Assembly (NCBI RefSeq): GCF_040222815.1
Contig: NZ_JAVKCH010000036.1
Span: 180,583 to 244,582 of the forward strand
Source: Imperialibacter sp.
GTDB lineage: Bacteria > Bacteroidota > Bacteroidia > Cytophagales > Cyclobacteriaceae
Length of the DNA: 64,000 nucleotides
Direction of reading: 5' to 3'
Positions 56,287 to 64,000 of this stretch are shown here, piece after piece. The notes under the pieces were generated by a model that saw nothing but the letters and a program-made list of their open reading frames with translations, made no database searches and was not told where the DNA came from. The translations under genes and the position numbers were made by a program. Every line of letters starts with the position of its first letter. Positions within the stretch are counted from its first letter, which is position 1.

Positions 56287-56974
56287 TTCCTGGCTTTGAT
56301 GTAAAAATATTGCTGAACTCTTCTATGGTAAAAGCATCTTCAACCTGATAATCACCTATAGAGTTCCTTCGAAGGGCAGACATATAGGCACCCACGCCAA
56401 GCTTTTCACCTATGTCTCTCACCAGACTTCGGATATAGGTGCCCTTAGAGCACTCTACAACAAACTCCACTTCCGGAAGATTTATGCGCAACATCTGTAG
56501 TGAGTAAATAGTTACTTCACGTGCTTTCAGTTCAAGTGTTTCATTTTTTCGGGCACTTTCGTAGGCTCGTTTACCGTCCACCTTGATGGCAGAATAGATG
56601 GGCGGCACTTGCTCAATAACTCCCTGAAAGGTGTCGAGAACCCCAGCTACCTGCTCTGATGACAGATGGCTTGTGTCTGTCTCACTGTCAAAAGCCGTTT
56701 CCAGGTCAACGCTTGGGGTCGTTTTGCCCAGTACCAGTGTGCAGGTATACTTTTTTCTTTGTTCCTGAATCTGGTTGATGGTTTTAGTGGCTTTGCCTGT
56801 GCAGATGATCAGCAGGCCTGTAGCCAGAGGATCGAGCGTTCCTGCATGGCCCACTTTCTTTATCCTGATTGTGTTGCGAACTTTCTTTACAACATCAAAA
56901 GAGGTCCATTCTTTAGGTTTATCTATACCGATGGTCTCTCCGGCCTCAAAGTCGTAATGCTTCTTTCCTTTCAC
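56273..56974 (-). CDS. truB: tRNA pseudouridine(55) synthase
   Basis: KVGHAGTLDPLATGLL; PPIYSAIKVDG; CSKGTYIRSL. Confidence 0.97.
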   Translation of the reverse strand: MKGKKHYDFEAGETIGIDKPKEWTSFDVVKKVRNTIRIKKVGHAGTLDPLATGLLIICTGKATKTINQIQEQRKKYTCTLVLGKTTPSVDLETAFDSETDTSHLSSEQVAGVLDTFQGVIEQVPPIYSAIKVDGKRAYESARKNETLELKAREVTIYSLQMLRINLPEVEFVVECSKGTYIRSLVRDIGEKLGVGAYMSALRRNSIGDYQVEDAFTIEEFSNIFTSKPGNESS

Positions 56975-57762
56975 AGGCTAACAAATATGGCAACAAGACC
57001 TACAATAAGGCAGTAAACAGCGAAGTAGATTAGTTTGCCCTTCCTTACTATGCTAATCATCCATTGGCAGGCTGCCATGCCTGAAACAAAAGCAGCCAGG
57101 AAGCCTAGTGATAAGGCAGTAGCACTAACCTGGCTGGCAATTTCCGGAGTCTTCAAGAAATCAAGCAGTTTAAGGAAAGCAGCTCCCAGGATTGGCACCA
57201 ACACCATAAGGAAGCTGAATCTGGTCACAACATCCTTTTTGATGCCCAGCAACAGCCCAGTGGAGATAGTGGCACCTGATCTTGAAATACCAGGAAGAAT
57301 TGCAATGGCCTGAGCGATGCCTACAGCAAACGCCTTGGGAAAAGTTAGCTCTCCTTCATTGTTCTTTTTAAAGTGGGTGAAAGCCAACAGCGCCGCTGTT
57401 ACTATCAACATTGACCCGACCAGCATGATTCGGCCACCAAAGAAGGATTCGACCTGATCTTCAAAAAAAACGCCTACGATACCTACCGGAATGATGGATA
57501 AGGCTATTTGAAAAACGAATTTGGTGGAGTCGTTCCATTGAAATTTAAACAACTCAACGATGAGTTGTAGAATGTCCTTTCTGTAGATGACAATCGTGCT
57601 TAGTGCAGTTGCGGCATGCACAACAATGGAGAACAGGAGGTTGTCTTCAGATTGTATGCCGAAGATGGCGGTTCCGATTTCAATATGGCCGCTGCTGCTA
57701 ACCGGCAAAAACTCGGTTAGTCCCTGAACGATGCCAAGGACAATGGCTTCCCAAACGTTCAT
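56971..57762 (-). CDS. uppP: Undecaprenyl-diphosphate phosphatase
   Basis: QGLTEFLPVSSSGH; AILPGISRSGATI; FSFL. Confidence 0.97.
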   Translation of the reverse strand: MNVWEAIVLGIVQGLTEFLPVSSSGHIEIGTAIFGIQSEDNLLFSIVVHAATALSTIVIYRKDILQLIVELFKFQWNDSTKFVFQIALSIIPVGIVGVFFEDQVESFFGGRIMLVGSMLIVTAALLAFTHFKKNNEGELTFPKAFAVGIAQAIAILPGISRSGATISTGLLLGIKKDVVTRFSFLMVLVPILGAAFLKLLDFLKTPEIASQVSATALSLGFLAAFVSGMAACQWMISIVRKGKLIYFAVYCLIVGLVAIFVSL

Positions 57763-57974
57763 TTACTCTCTTTGGGCTGATAAAAAATCGCAAAAAATTC
57801 GATAATGAAGCCGGCGAGCACGGTAAGGGGGCCAAGTGTTAACCCGGCAAACCCGAAACCATAAGGCTCAGTATCGAGTGTCATGATAATAAAGCCAAGA
57901 CACAATACTAATACCCCGGCAATCATGATGATGTAGTTGATCTTCTGGAATGGAAACTTTTCTTTGTTGCTCAT
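57759..57974 (-). CDS. DUF3098 small membrane protein
   Basis: FPFQKINYIIMIAG...LAGFIIEFFAIF; usual position between ftsX and uppP. Confidence 0.85.
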   Translation of the reverse strand: MSNKEKFPFQKINYIIMIAGVLVLCLGFIIMTLDTEPYGFGFAGLTLGPLTVLAGFIIEFFAIFYQPKESK

Positions 57975-57978
57975 TTCT

Positions 57979-58875
57979 TCAATATAATTCGTCCAAAGAC
58001 ATTTTCAGATATTTGTTGATAGCTCTGTAAGTGCTGCCGAAGCCTACCAGCATGCCCACCAGCAGCAGGCTACCGAAAAGAATCATTACCTCGTCCGTTC
58101 GTTGCAAATCTGCCAGGTTTTCTATTTTTGAATTGGCATATTTCAAAAGCACAAAAAGACCGACACTGGCAATAATGGCAGATAGCAAGCCATAAAACGT
58201 GGCTCTCATAAGAAACGGTTTTTGAATAAAGCCGGCAGTAGCACCTACCAGTTGCATACTTCTGATGAGGAAGCGCTGCGAGAAAAGTGCCAGCTTAATA
58301 GTGTTGTTAATCAGAATGATGACGACCAGCAACAGGATAGCCGAGAAGCCAATAAGCACAAGGCCTATCTTGGTCAGGTTTTTATTGATACTTTCAACCA
58401 GGTTGTCGAGGTACACAACCTCAAACACGCCCCTTATGCTTTCCAATTCACTTTTTATCTGGGCGAGTTTTTCAGTGGACTGATAATCAGGGGTTATCTT
58501 AAGGATAATTAAGTCTCTGAGCGGGTTATCGCCGATGAATTGAGTGAAGTCTTCGCCGGTTTCTTTAATAAATTCTTTGGCGGCTTCTTCTTTGGAGATT
58601 AAAACCACCTGGCTCCCTTCTTTTTTGGCTACGTAGTCTTTATCGGCGAGCGTTTTCTGTAGCTGTATTTTTTCTGATTCAGTGACGTTTTTATTCAGGT
58701 AAACTTGCACCTCAATATTGTCCTGAATAAAACGGGTAAGGTTGTTTGTCAGCAGGAAAAAAACGCCGAACAGGCCGAGGACAAACAAGGCAAGGGATAT
58801 GCTGAATACTACGCTTACGAAAGGGTAGCTGCCGAGTTTTTTCTTTTTTCTGACTTTCTTCTCGTATGTAGCCAT
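57979..58875 (-). CDS. ftsX: Cell division permease FtsX
   Basis: SISLALFVLG; NPL; INNTIKLALFSQRFLIRSMQLVGAT..FI.KPF. Confidence 0.95.
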   Translation of the reverse strand: MATYEKKVRKKKKLGSYPFVSVVFSISLALFVLGLFGVFFLLTNNLTRFIQDNIEVQVYLNKNVTESEKIQLQKTLADKDYVAKKEGSQVVLISKEEAAKEFIKETGEDFTQFIGDNPLRDLIILKITPDYQSTEKLAQIKSELESIRGVFEVVYLDNLVESINKNLTKIGLVLIGFSAILLLVVIILINNTIKLALFSQRFLIRSMQLVGATAGFIQKPFLMRATFYGLLSAIIASVGLFVLLKYANSKIENLADLQRTDEVMILFGSLLLVGMLVGFGSTYRAINKYLKMSLDELY

Positions 58876-58952
58876 TTGAGCTTTACCGGGGAAAAGCCAA
58901 AAATAGTAATTTGCAGCTACTTATAGGGCAGGAAGGGAAATAAAAAGGCGCT

Positions 58953-59876
58953 TTAATTAAGCGCCTTGTTATCTCTGAAAATCTTTAACTCGCTGAGAAG
59001 ATCTTCGTTGGTAACTTTTTCAAGTGTGCTGATCTTCTTGGTTGGGTAGCTTAGCTTGTAGTAAACGTCCTGATGGAACAGGTAAATCCGCTTACCATCT
59101 TTGCTATTGATTTCCAATATTTCGTAAGGGATTTCCTCGAAGTTGCCATACAGATAAAGCCTTTCTTCGTAGAATTGGTACTGAAGTTTGTTGCTGTTGC
59201 CAGCCTCAGATTTGACCTCAATATCTATTGGCTTGTTAATTTCAATAGGGTCGCTTTCAGCCAGCGCATCTTCTTTGCCAACTGCTTCAACCTCAAACTC
59301 CACATCAGTTTCAAACTCAGCAACTGTTGGTTTTTCAAATGTGGGAGTAATTTCTTCGGCGGCAGGTACCGCAACGTCCGGTATATCTTCAGCAGCTGTT
59401 GCGCTGGAGGTTGAAGTAACAGATGCAAACTGCTGCTTATGTTCAACGGGCTTGGCTGGTGTTTCAACAGAAGGAAGCTCTTTAAATGCTATGTCGGGTG
59501 CAGTTTTATCTTGCTCGAAAGAAGTGATTGGGTTCATTTGCCCAATTTCAGGGGCAGGGTTAACAGCCTCTTCACTAAAGTAGTACATGCCTCCCACCAG
59601 CAGGATAGCAGTGCCTACAGTTGCAGCCACTTTCACCACAGCGGACTGGCCAAGGGTGCCCAACACGCCAACTTCTAACGGAACATTGTCCAGCCTGGTC
59701 TTTAGTTCGGCCTTACGGAATTCTTTCAAACCGGAAACCATGTCGCTCTGAGTTTTCATTTCAGCTCTAAGCGAGACATCTGAGGCAAGTTTAGATTCCA
59801 GGACTGCTTTGTTGCCATCGGAGATGGTTCCTGTCAGGTACTGCTCAATAAGTTCTTTAAAGTCCGTGTTACTCAT
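58953..59876 (-). CDS. Putative anti-sigma factor (N-terminal anti-sigma-like helices, one TM, low-complexity linker)
   Basis: LIEQYLTG...LESKLASDVSLRAE; TM segment; starts 2 nt after the ECF sigma stop. Confidence 0.65.
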   Translation of the reverse strand: MSNTDFKELIEQYLTGTISDGNKAVLESKLASDVSLRAEMKTQSDMVSGLKEFRKAELKTRLDNVPLEVGVLGTLGQSAVVKVAATVGTAILLVGGMYYFSEEAVNPAPEIGQMNPITSFEQDKTAPDIAFKELPSVETPAKPVEHKQQFASVTSTSSATAAEDIPDVAVPAAEEITPTFEKPTVAEFETDVEFEVEAVGKEDALAESDPIEINKPIDIEVKSEAGNSNKLQYQFYEERLYLYGNFEEIPYEILEINSKDGKRIYLFHQDVYYKLSYPTKKISTLEKVTNEDLLSELKIFRDNKALN

Positions 59877-59878
59877 TC

Positions 59879-60418
59879 TTAGTCGAGAAAGTCTTCTTCT
59901 TTATACCTACTTCTGATCAACAGATCAAGTCGTTTCATGCATTTGTATTTTTTGGTCTTTGCTGTGTCTGTGTTCGCAAACTGAAGTTTCTCTGCTATAT
60001 CATTCATCGACATACCGTCGAAATAATAATAAGTTAGCAGCTTTTTGCAAATATCCCCAAGATCGCCAATGCATTCCTGAATAATACGTGCCTTTTCTTC
60101 TGCGTCATGCTCTTGAAATTCCTCTCCATCTTTCTCTTCATTTGAAAGCCGACTTTTCCTGTCCAGCTCTTTTCTCCATTGATTGAGACAGATACTGTAC
60201 AAAAAAGTGCTGATTTTGGAGGTCATCACAAGATTTCCACTCACAGCCTTTTGCCAAAAAACGATCAAAGCCTCCTGAAATACATCCTTCGCCTCTTCCT
60301 CTGTACCATTGTTGGACAAGACGATCTTTGTCATCATCCTGTAGTACTTCTTATACAAGTAGTCCAGAGCCGTCTCGTCACCCTTGCTTATTTTTGCAAG
60401 AATCTCGTCATCTTTCAT
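59879..60418 (-). CDS. ECF-type RNA polymerase sigma factor
   Basis: AKDVFQEALIV; STFLYSICLNQW; LLTYYYFDGMSMNDIAEKL. Confidence 0.92.
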   Translation of the reverse strand: MKDDEILAKISKGDETALDYLYKKYYRMMTKIVLSNNGTEEEAKDVFQEALIVFWQKAVSGNLVMTSKISTFLYSICLNQWRKELDRKSRLSNEEKDGEEFQEHDAEEKARIIQECIGDLGDICKKLLTYYYFDGMSMNDIAEKLQFANTDTAKTKKYKCMKRLDLLIRSRYKEEDFLD

Positions 60419-60514
60419 TGGCGGCTTTTGCTTTAATACTGAAATAGCTGGTCAAGTAACCCCCCAGGTTTATATTAAGAAATTGTAAAGTTATAAAATG
60501 TAAATTAATGCTTT

Positions 60515-61159
60515 TCATTGAATGGTAATTACGGAAGTGGGAGTTACAGCAAAAACTTTATCTTGTTTGCCAGGGGAAATAGCAACGTAACCCGTAAAAT
60601 TGCCGAATGCAGGCATCAGAGCTCCTTTTTCCCCAAAATAGAAACAAGGGATTCGCACACCTTGCCTTGCCTTTCCTTTGAGACTGATACCGGGGTGGAG
60701 GTGTCCTGCAAGATTGTATCCGTTAGCGTTTTTGGTCGGGTGATGACTCATAAAAAAGGGTGCTAGCAGAAGTTCATCCACCACGGTTACATTAATTTTT
60801 TTGTAGTTGACAGTTTCGATAATATCATGATTGCCCAAAGTCAGTGTGATTTTGAGGTTTTGGTACTGGCTTCGCCAATCACTGAATGCTTCCCACTCAT
60901 TGTTTTTGTCGCTGTGAAAAAGGTCTCCCAGCATGATGAGCCGCTTTGGTTGATACTTGTTCAGCAAGAGATCGAGCCTGTCCAAATCCTCGGTATGAAT
61001 TTTGGATGAGATGGGTATGCCCGCTTTTCGGAAATGCCCGGCCTTGCCGAGATGAAGATCGGAAACAATGAGGCACTCCTGCTCCTTCCAGAAAATGGAT
61101 TTATGAATCGAAAGTACCAGAGATTGTTCAAGTAGGGTGAACTCCAATGAATCCTTCAC
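60515..61159 (-). CDS. pdeM: Ligase-associated DNA damage response endonuclease (metallophosphoesterase)
   Basis: VSDLHLGKAGHFRKAGIPI; LGDLFH; GNHD; LAGHLHP; MPAFG..TG. Confidence 0.92.
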   Translation of the reverse strand: MKDSLEFTLLEQSLVLSIHKSIFWKEQECLIVSDLHLGKAGHFRKAGIPISSKIHTEDLDRLDLLLNKYQPKRLIMLGDLFHSDKNNEWEAFSDWRSQYQNLKITLTLGNHDIIETVNYKKINVTVVDELLLAPFFMSHHPTKNANGYNLAGHLHPGISLKGKARQGVRIPCFYFGEKGALMPAFGNFTGYVAISPGKQDKVFAVTPTSVITIQ

Positions 61160-61166
61160 TTATTGT

Positions 61167-61586
61167 TTATTCCTGTGGCAGCCAGGTTTGGGTTCTGTAG
61201 AGAAAGTAGAGATAGCCTCTGACTTTTAGTTCATCACCTTCCCTCCATATTTTACATTTGTAGATATTCCCATTTTCAGGATCCATTATTTCACCACCGT
61301 CCAACTCACTTCCTTCTTTTTCCATATCGGTGATGATATTCATTCCTATTATTTTTTTGCCCTTTCTGTAGTCTTCACATTCGTCACATACAGGGTCTTG
61401 TTCTTCACCAGGTTCCCTGAAAAGCTTAACGATTTTACCGAAATACTTCCCCTCGCTCTCATATATCTCCACTATTGACCTCTTTTTGCCAGTGTTGTCA
61501 TCAATGGTTACCCACTGTCCGGTTATTGACTGCGCTTGAGAGAGGTAGGAACAAAGCAAAAGGGTAATAAAGACAAGGATTCGCAT
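61167..61586 (-). CDS. DUF2147 secreted protein
   Basis: GQWVTIDD..G..RSIVEIY; GGEIMDPENGNIYKC; LKVRGY...RTQTW. Confidence 0.88.
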   Translation of the reverse strand: MRILVFITLLLCSYLSQAQSITGQWVTIDDNTGKKRSIVEIYESEGKYFGKIVKLFREPGEEQDPVCDECEDYRKGKKIIGMNIITDMEKEGSELDGGEIMDPENGNIYKCKIWREGDELKVRGYLYFLYRTQTWLPQE

Positions 61587-61642
61587 AATGAGTGATGATG
61601 TTTGCTTAAATATAAGGAAGTAGAACAAAAATAAGCAATGTG

Positions 61643-64000
61643 CTAGCCCTGGCTATCGGCAAATTTCTCCAACTGCTGCTGTAGTTTTATCACCCTGTCC
61701 TCGATACTTTCAGTAGTGAGCCTTTCCCTAAGCGACTCAACCATGATGGGAAAGGCGAAGGGGCTTGGCCGGGGCGGGTACATGAGGGTGATTTGCTGTG
61801 AGTTGATTCTGTCTACAGCCTCCAGCAGTCTGCTTTGCTCCATTTGAAGGGTGATCACCTCATCCATGGCCTGCTTGAGAAGCAGGTTTTCTTTGTCATA
61901 GTCCTCAAAAACCTTGTAGATGATTTGCGAATTGGCTTGCAAGTGCTTGTTGGAGATTGTTTTTCCGGGGAAGCCATGAAAAACAAGGCCAGCGATGGAA
62001 GCAATATCCCGGAACCGTCGGCGGGCCATTTCCGACTCGTTGATGCTGTGGTGAATGTCTTCGAGAAGGTTCACGGTAGAAAATAGGTCAAGCTCCAGTG
62101 CTTCTTCGATTGGAATCGGCTCATCGGTCAGCAATTCGAAGCCGTAGTCGTTCATGGCAATGGAAAAAGAGATCGGGGCAAGTTTGCCGATTCTGTAAGC
62201 CACCAGGCCGCCGAGCACCTCGTGAACAAACCTCCCTTCGAAGGGGTAGATGAAGAGGTGGTGCCCGAACCGACTCTCTACCTTCTCAATCAGGAGTTTG
62301 CCAGCGTCTGGCACTATCGACCATCGCTTCTGTAGTTCAATGATGGGCCGTATGGTTTCCAATTCAATATCACTGAAGTCGCCCAGCGCCGCTTGCTCTA
62401 ATTTTTGCCGGATGAGGATGGATAGTTGCGAGGAGAGAGGCATTCTCCCACCACCCCAGCGGGGTATGAGTCCACGCTTTTTCTTTGCTTTTCTTACGAG
62501 CACGGTCATGTCTTTGATCATGATGAATTCGAGGTTGCGACCAGCAAACCAGAAGACATCGCCCCTTGTGAGCTTCGAAGCAAAGCTTTCTTCCACGGTG
62601 CCAATATTGCCACCTGTGAGGTATTTGACCCTGAGAGAGGGGTCGCCAACGATAGTGCCTATGGACAGCCGGTGCATGGTAGACTTTCGCCTGTCTGTTA
62701 CCCGATAAACGCCCTCAATTATTTCGACCTTCGAAAACTCATCGTATTCGCCGAGGCTGCTACCGCCGGTGGTAATAAATTGCAGCGCCCATTGCCACTC
62801 TTCCTGGCTGAGAGAGCTAAAACAATAGGTTTGCTTTACTTCCTGAAGAATGACATCAGGTATGAAGCCTTCACCCACGGCAAGTGTTACGAGGTATTGC
62901 ACGAGCACATCCATGCACTTTTCCAGAGGCTTCCTGCTTTCGTAATAGTCTTTGTCTATAGCCGACCGCAGGGCAGCACCTTCGATCAGCTCGAGTGAAT
63001 GTGTAGGTACAAAGTAAATTTTACTGGTAGCGCCAGGCTGATGGCCGCTTCTACCGGCTCTCTGCATGAAGCGGGCGACACCCTTAGGCCCCCCCACCTG
63101 GATGACGGTATCCACTGGCCTGAAGTCGACACCAAGGTCAAGGCTGCTGGTACACACCACCAATTGGAGCTTGCCGGCGTGCAAGGCCTCTTCTACCCAT
63201 TTCCTCACGTTGTTGTCCATGCTGCCGTGGTGCATGGCCATGGCACCTGATAGGTGAGGGGCTGCGTGCAAAATCTGCTGGTACCAGATCTCTGTTTGAG
63301 AGCGGGTGTTGGTGAAAAGTAAGGTGGTTTTACTCTTTTCGATGATTGGGAGCACTTTGTCCATCATTTTTACACCCAGGTGCCCGCCCCATGGGAACTT
63401 CTCAGCCTCGTCGGGCAGCACAGAGATCACTTCTATTTTTTTGTGAATATTGGCTTTGATAGCAACACTGCCAGGGAATAGCGTTGGCCCCAGCAATACC
63501 TCCCGGGCCTGGTCGAGGTTGCCAATGGTGGCCGACACGCCCCATATTTTAAGGTTGCCAGGGTTGGTGGCCCTAAGCCGGGAAAAGGCCAGTTCAATTT
63601 GAACTCCCCGCTTGGTTCCCAAAAGCTCGTGCCACTCGTCAACGATGATAGTGGTAAGCGATTTAAAATAATTGACAGCCTCTTTCTGACTAAGGAGCAA
63701 ATGCAGGCTTTCCGGTGTAGTGACCAGGCATTCCGGGGCTGATCTTTTCTGTTTTGCCCGATCTGAAGTGCTGGTATCACCTGTTCGGATGCCGATTTCC
63801 CAGGGAATTTCAAAGTCTATGCACATGCCCTCCATGGCGAGTTGAATATCTCTTGCCAACGCACGCAGTGGCGTGATCCAAAGGATTCTCAAGCCGTTCT
63901 TTCTGGGTTTCCTGTAGTCGGTGGGGTATTCCCTCATGTACTCAAGCAGGCAGGGCACCCAAAGGGCATAGGTTTTGCCACTCCCGGTGGGCGCATTGAG
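61643..64000 (-). CDS. Ligase-associated DNA damage response DEXH-box (Lhr-like) helicase, 5' end beyond the window
   Basis: APTGSGKT at the window edge; ITPLRALA; VDEWHE; SAT; HHGS; TSSLDLGVD; QRAGRSGH. Confidence 0.94.
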   Translation of the reverse strand, partial: LNAPTGSGKTYALWVPCLLEYMREYPTDYRKPRKNGLRILWITPLRALARDIQLAMEGMCIDFEIPWEIGIRTGDTSTSDRAKQKRSAPECLVTTPESLHLLLSQKEAVNYFKSLTTIIVDEWHELLGTKRGVQIELAFSRLRATNPGNLKIWGVSATIGNLDQAREVLLGPTLFPGSVAIKANIHKKIEVISVLPDEAEKFPWGGHLGVKMMDKVLPIIEKSKTTLLFTNTRSQTEIWYQQILHAAPHLSGAMAMHHGSMDNNVRKWVEEALHAGKLQLVVCTSSLDLGVDFRPVDTVIQVGGPKGVARFMQRAGRSGHQPGATSKIYFVPTHSLELIEGAALRSAIDKDYYESRKPLEKCMDVLVQYLVTLAVGEGFIPDVILQEVKQTYCFSSLSQEEWQWALQFITTGGSSLGEYDEFSKVEIIEGVYRVTDRRKSTMHRLSIGTIVGDPSLRVKYLTGGNIGTVEESFASKLTRGDVFWFAGRNLEFIMIKDMTVLVRKAKKKRGLIPRWGGGRMPLSSQLSILIRQKLEQAALGDFSDIELETIRPIIELQKRWSIVPDAGKLLIEKVESRFGHHLFIYPFEGRFVHEVLGGLVAYRIGKLAPISFSIAMNDYGFELLTDEPIPIEEALELDLFSTVNLLEDIHHSINESEMARRRFRDIASIAGLVFHGFPGKTISNKHLQANSQIIYKVFEDYDKENLLLKQAMDEVITLQMEQSRLLEAVDRINSQQITLMYPPRPSPFAFPIMVESLRERLTTESIEDRVIKLQQQLEKFADSQG

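Noticed and set aside
1-64000. tRNA, rRNA, prophage or autonomous transposon
   Set aside because: No cloverleaf or rRNA-like stretch, phage structural gene or transposase was recognised by eye; dedicated scanners were not run.

Overview
A 64 kb chromosomal window from a Bacteroidota bacterium. Evidence for the phylum: gldC, a T9SS C-terminal sorting domain, TAnnTTTG promoters and the ftsX-DUF3098-uppP-truB-ribF block. Cytophagales is my inference. Most of the window is ordinary housekeeping, transport and regulatory genes: TonB-dependent receptors, KtrAB/Trk, an ABC permease, carbonic anhydrase, scoAB, ribF, truB, uppP, ftsX, an ECF sigma factor and Lhr/PdeM. I found no rRNA, tRNA, CRISPR, transposase or integrase. 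Main observations: (1) at about 24.0-28.4 kb, an AT-rich run of promoterless-looking ORFs is separated by long (about 165-200 bp) attC-like inverted repeats. The R'' box ending each ORF matches the R' remnant in front of the same ORF, which is the signature of integron-type gene cassettes. There is no integrase in the window and most GTT cores are damaged. (2) At 42.4-46.8 kb is a tight operon of an ATP-grasp ligase, a 662-aa uncharacterised protein with a papain-like Q/C/H/N catalytic set, and an atypical Alr-family racemase. It is a candidate new D-amino-acid peptide pathway. (3) A stand-alone SIR2-like gene lies next to a DUF433/DUF5615 toxin-antitoxin pair bracketed by two identical 28-bp terminators. 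(4) Non-coding repeats are abundant: a 130-bp MITE with a 10-bp target duplication inside a REP pair, a 101-bp tandem of hairpins, a 22-23-bp-phased TTGC(C/G)CAA array, and 14-nt CCG-N8-CGG mini-palindromes inside other repeats. (5) A 2403-aa T9SS adhesin sits beside a TPR-kinase/LuxR two-component system, and a class D beta-lactamase has an altered SxV motif. All family assignments come from motif recognition by eye; no database searches were run.
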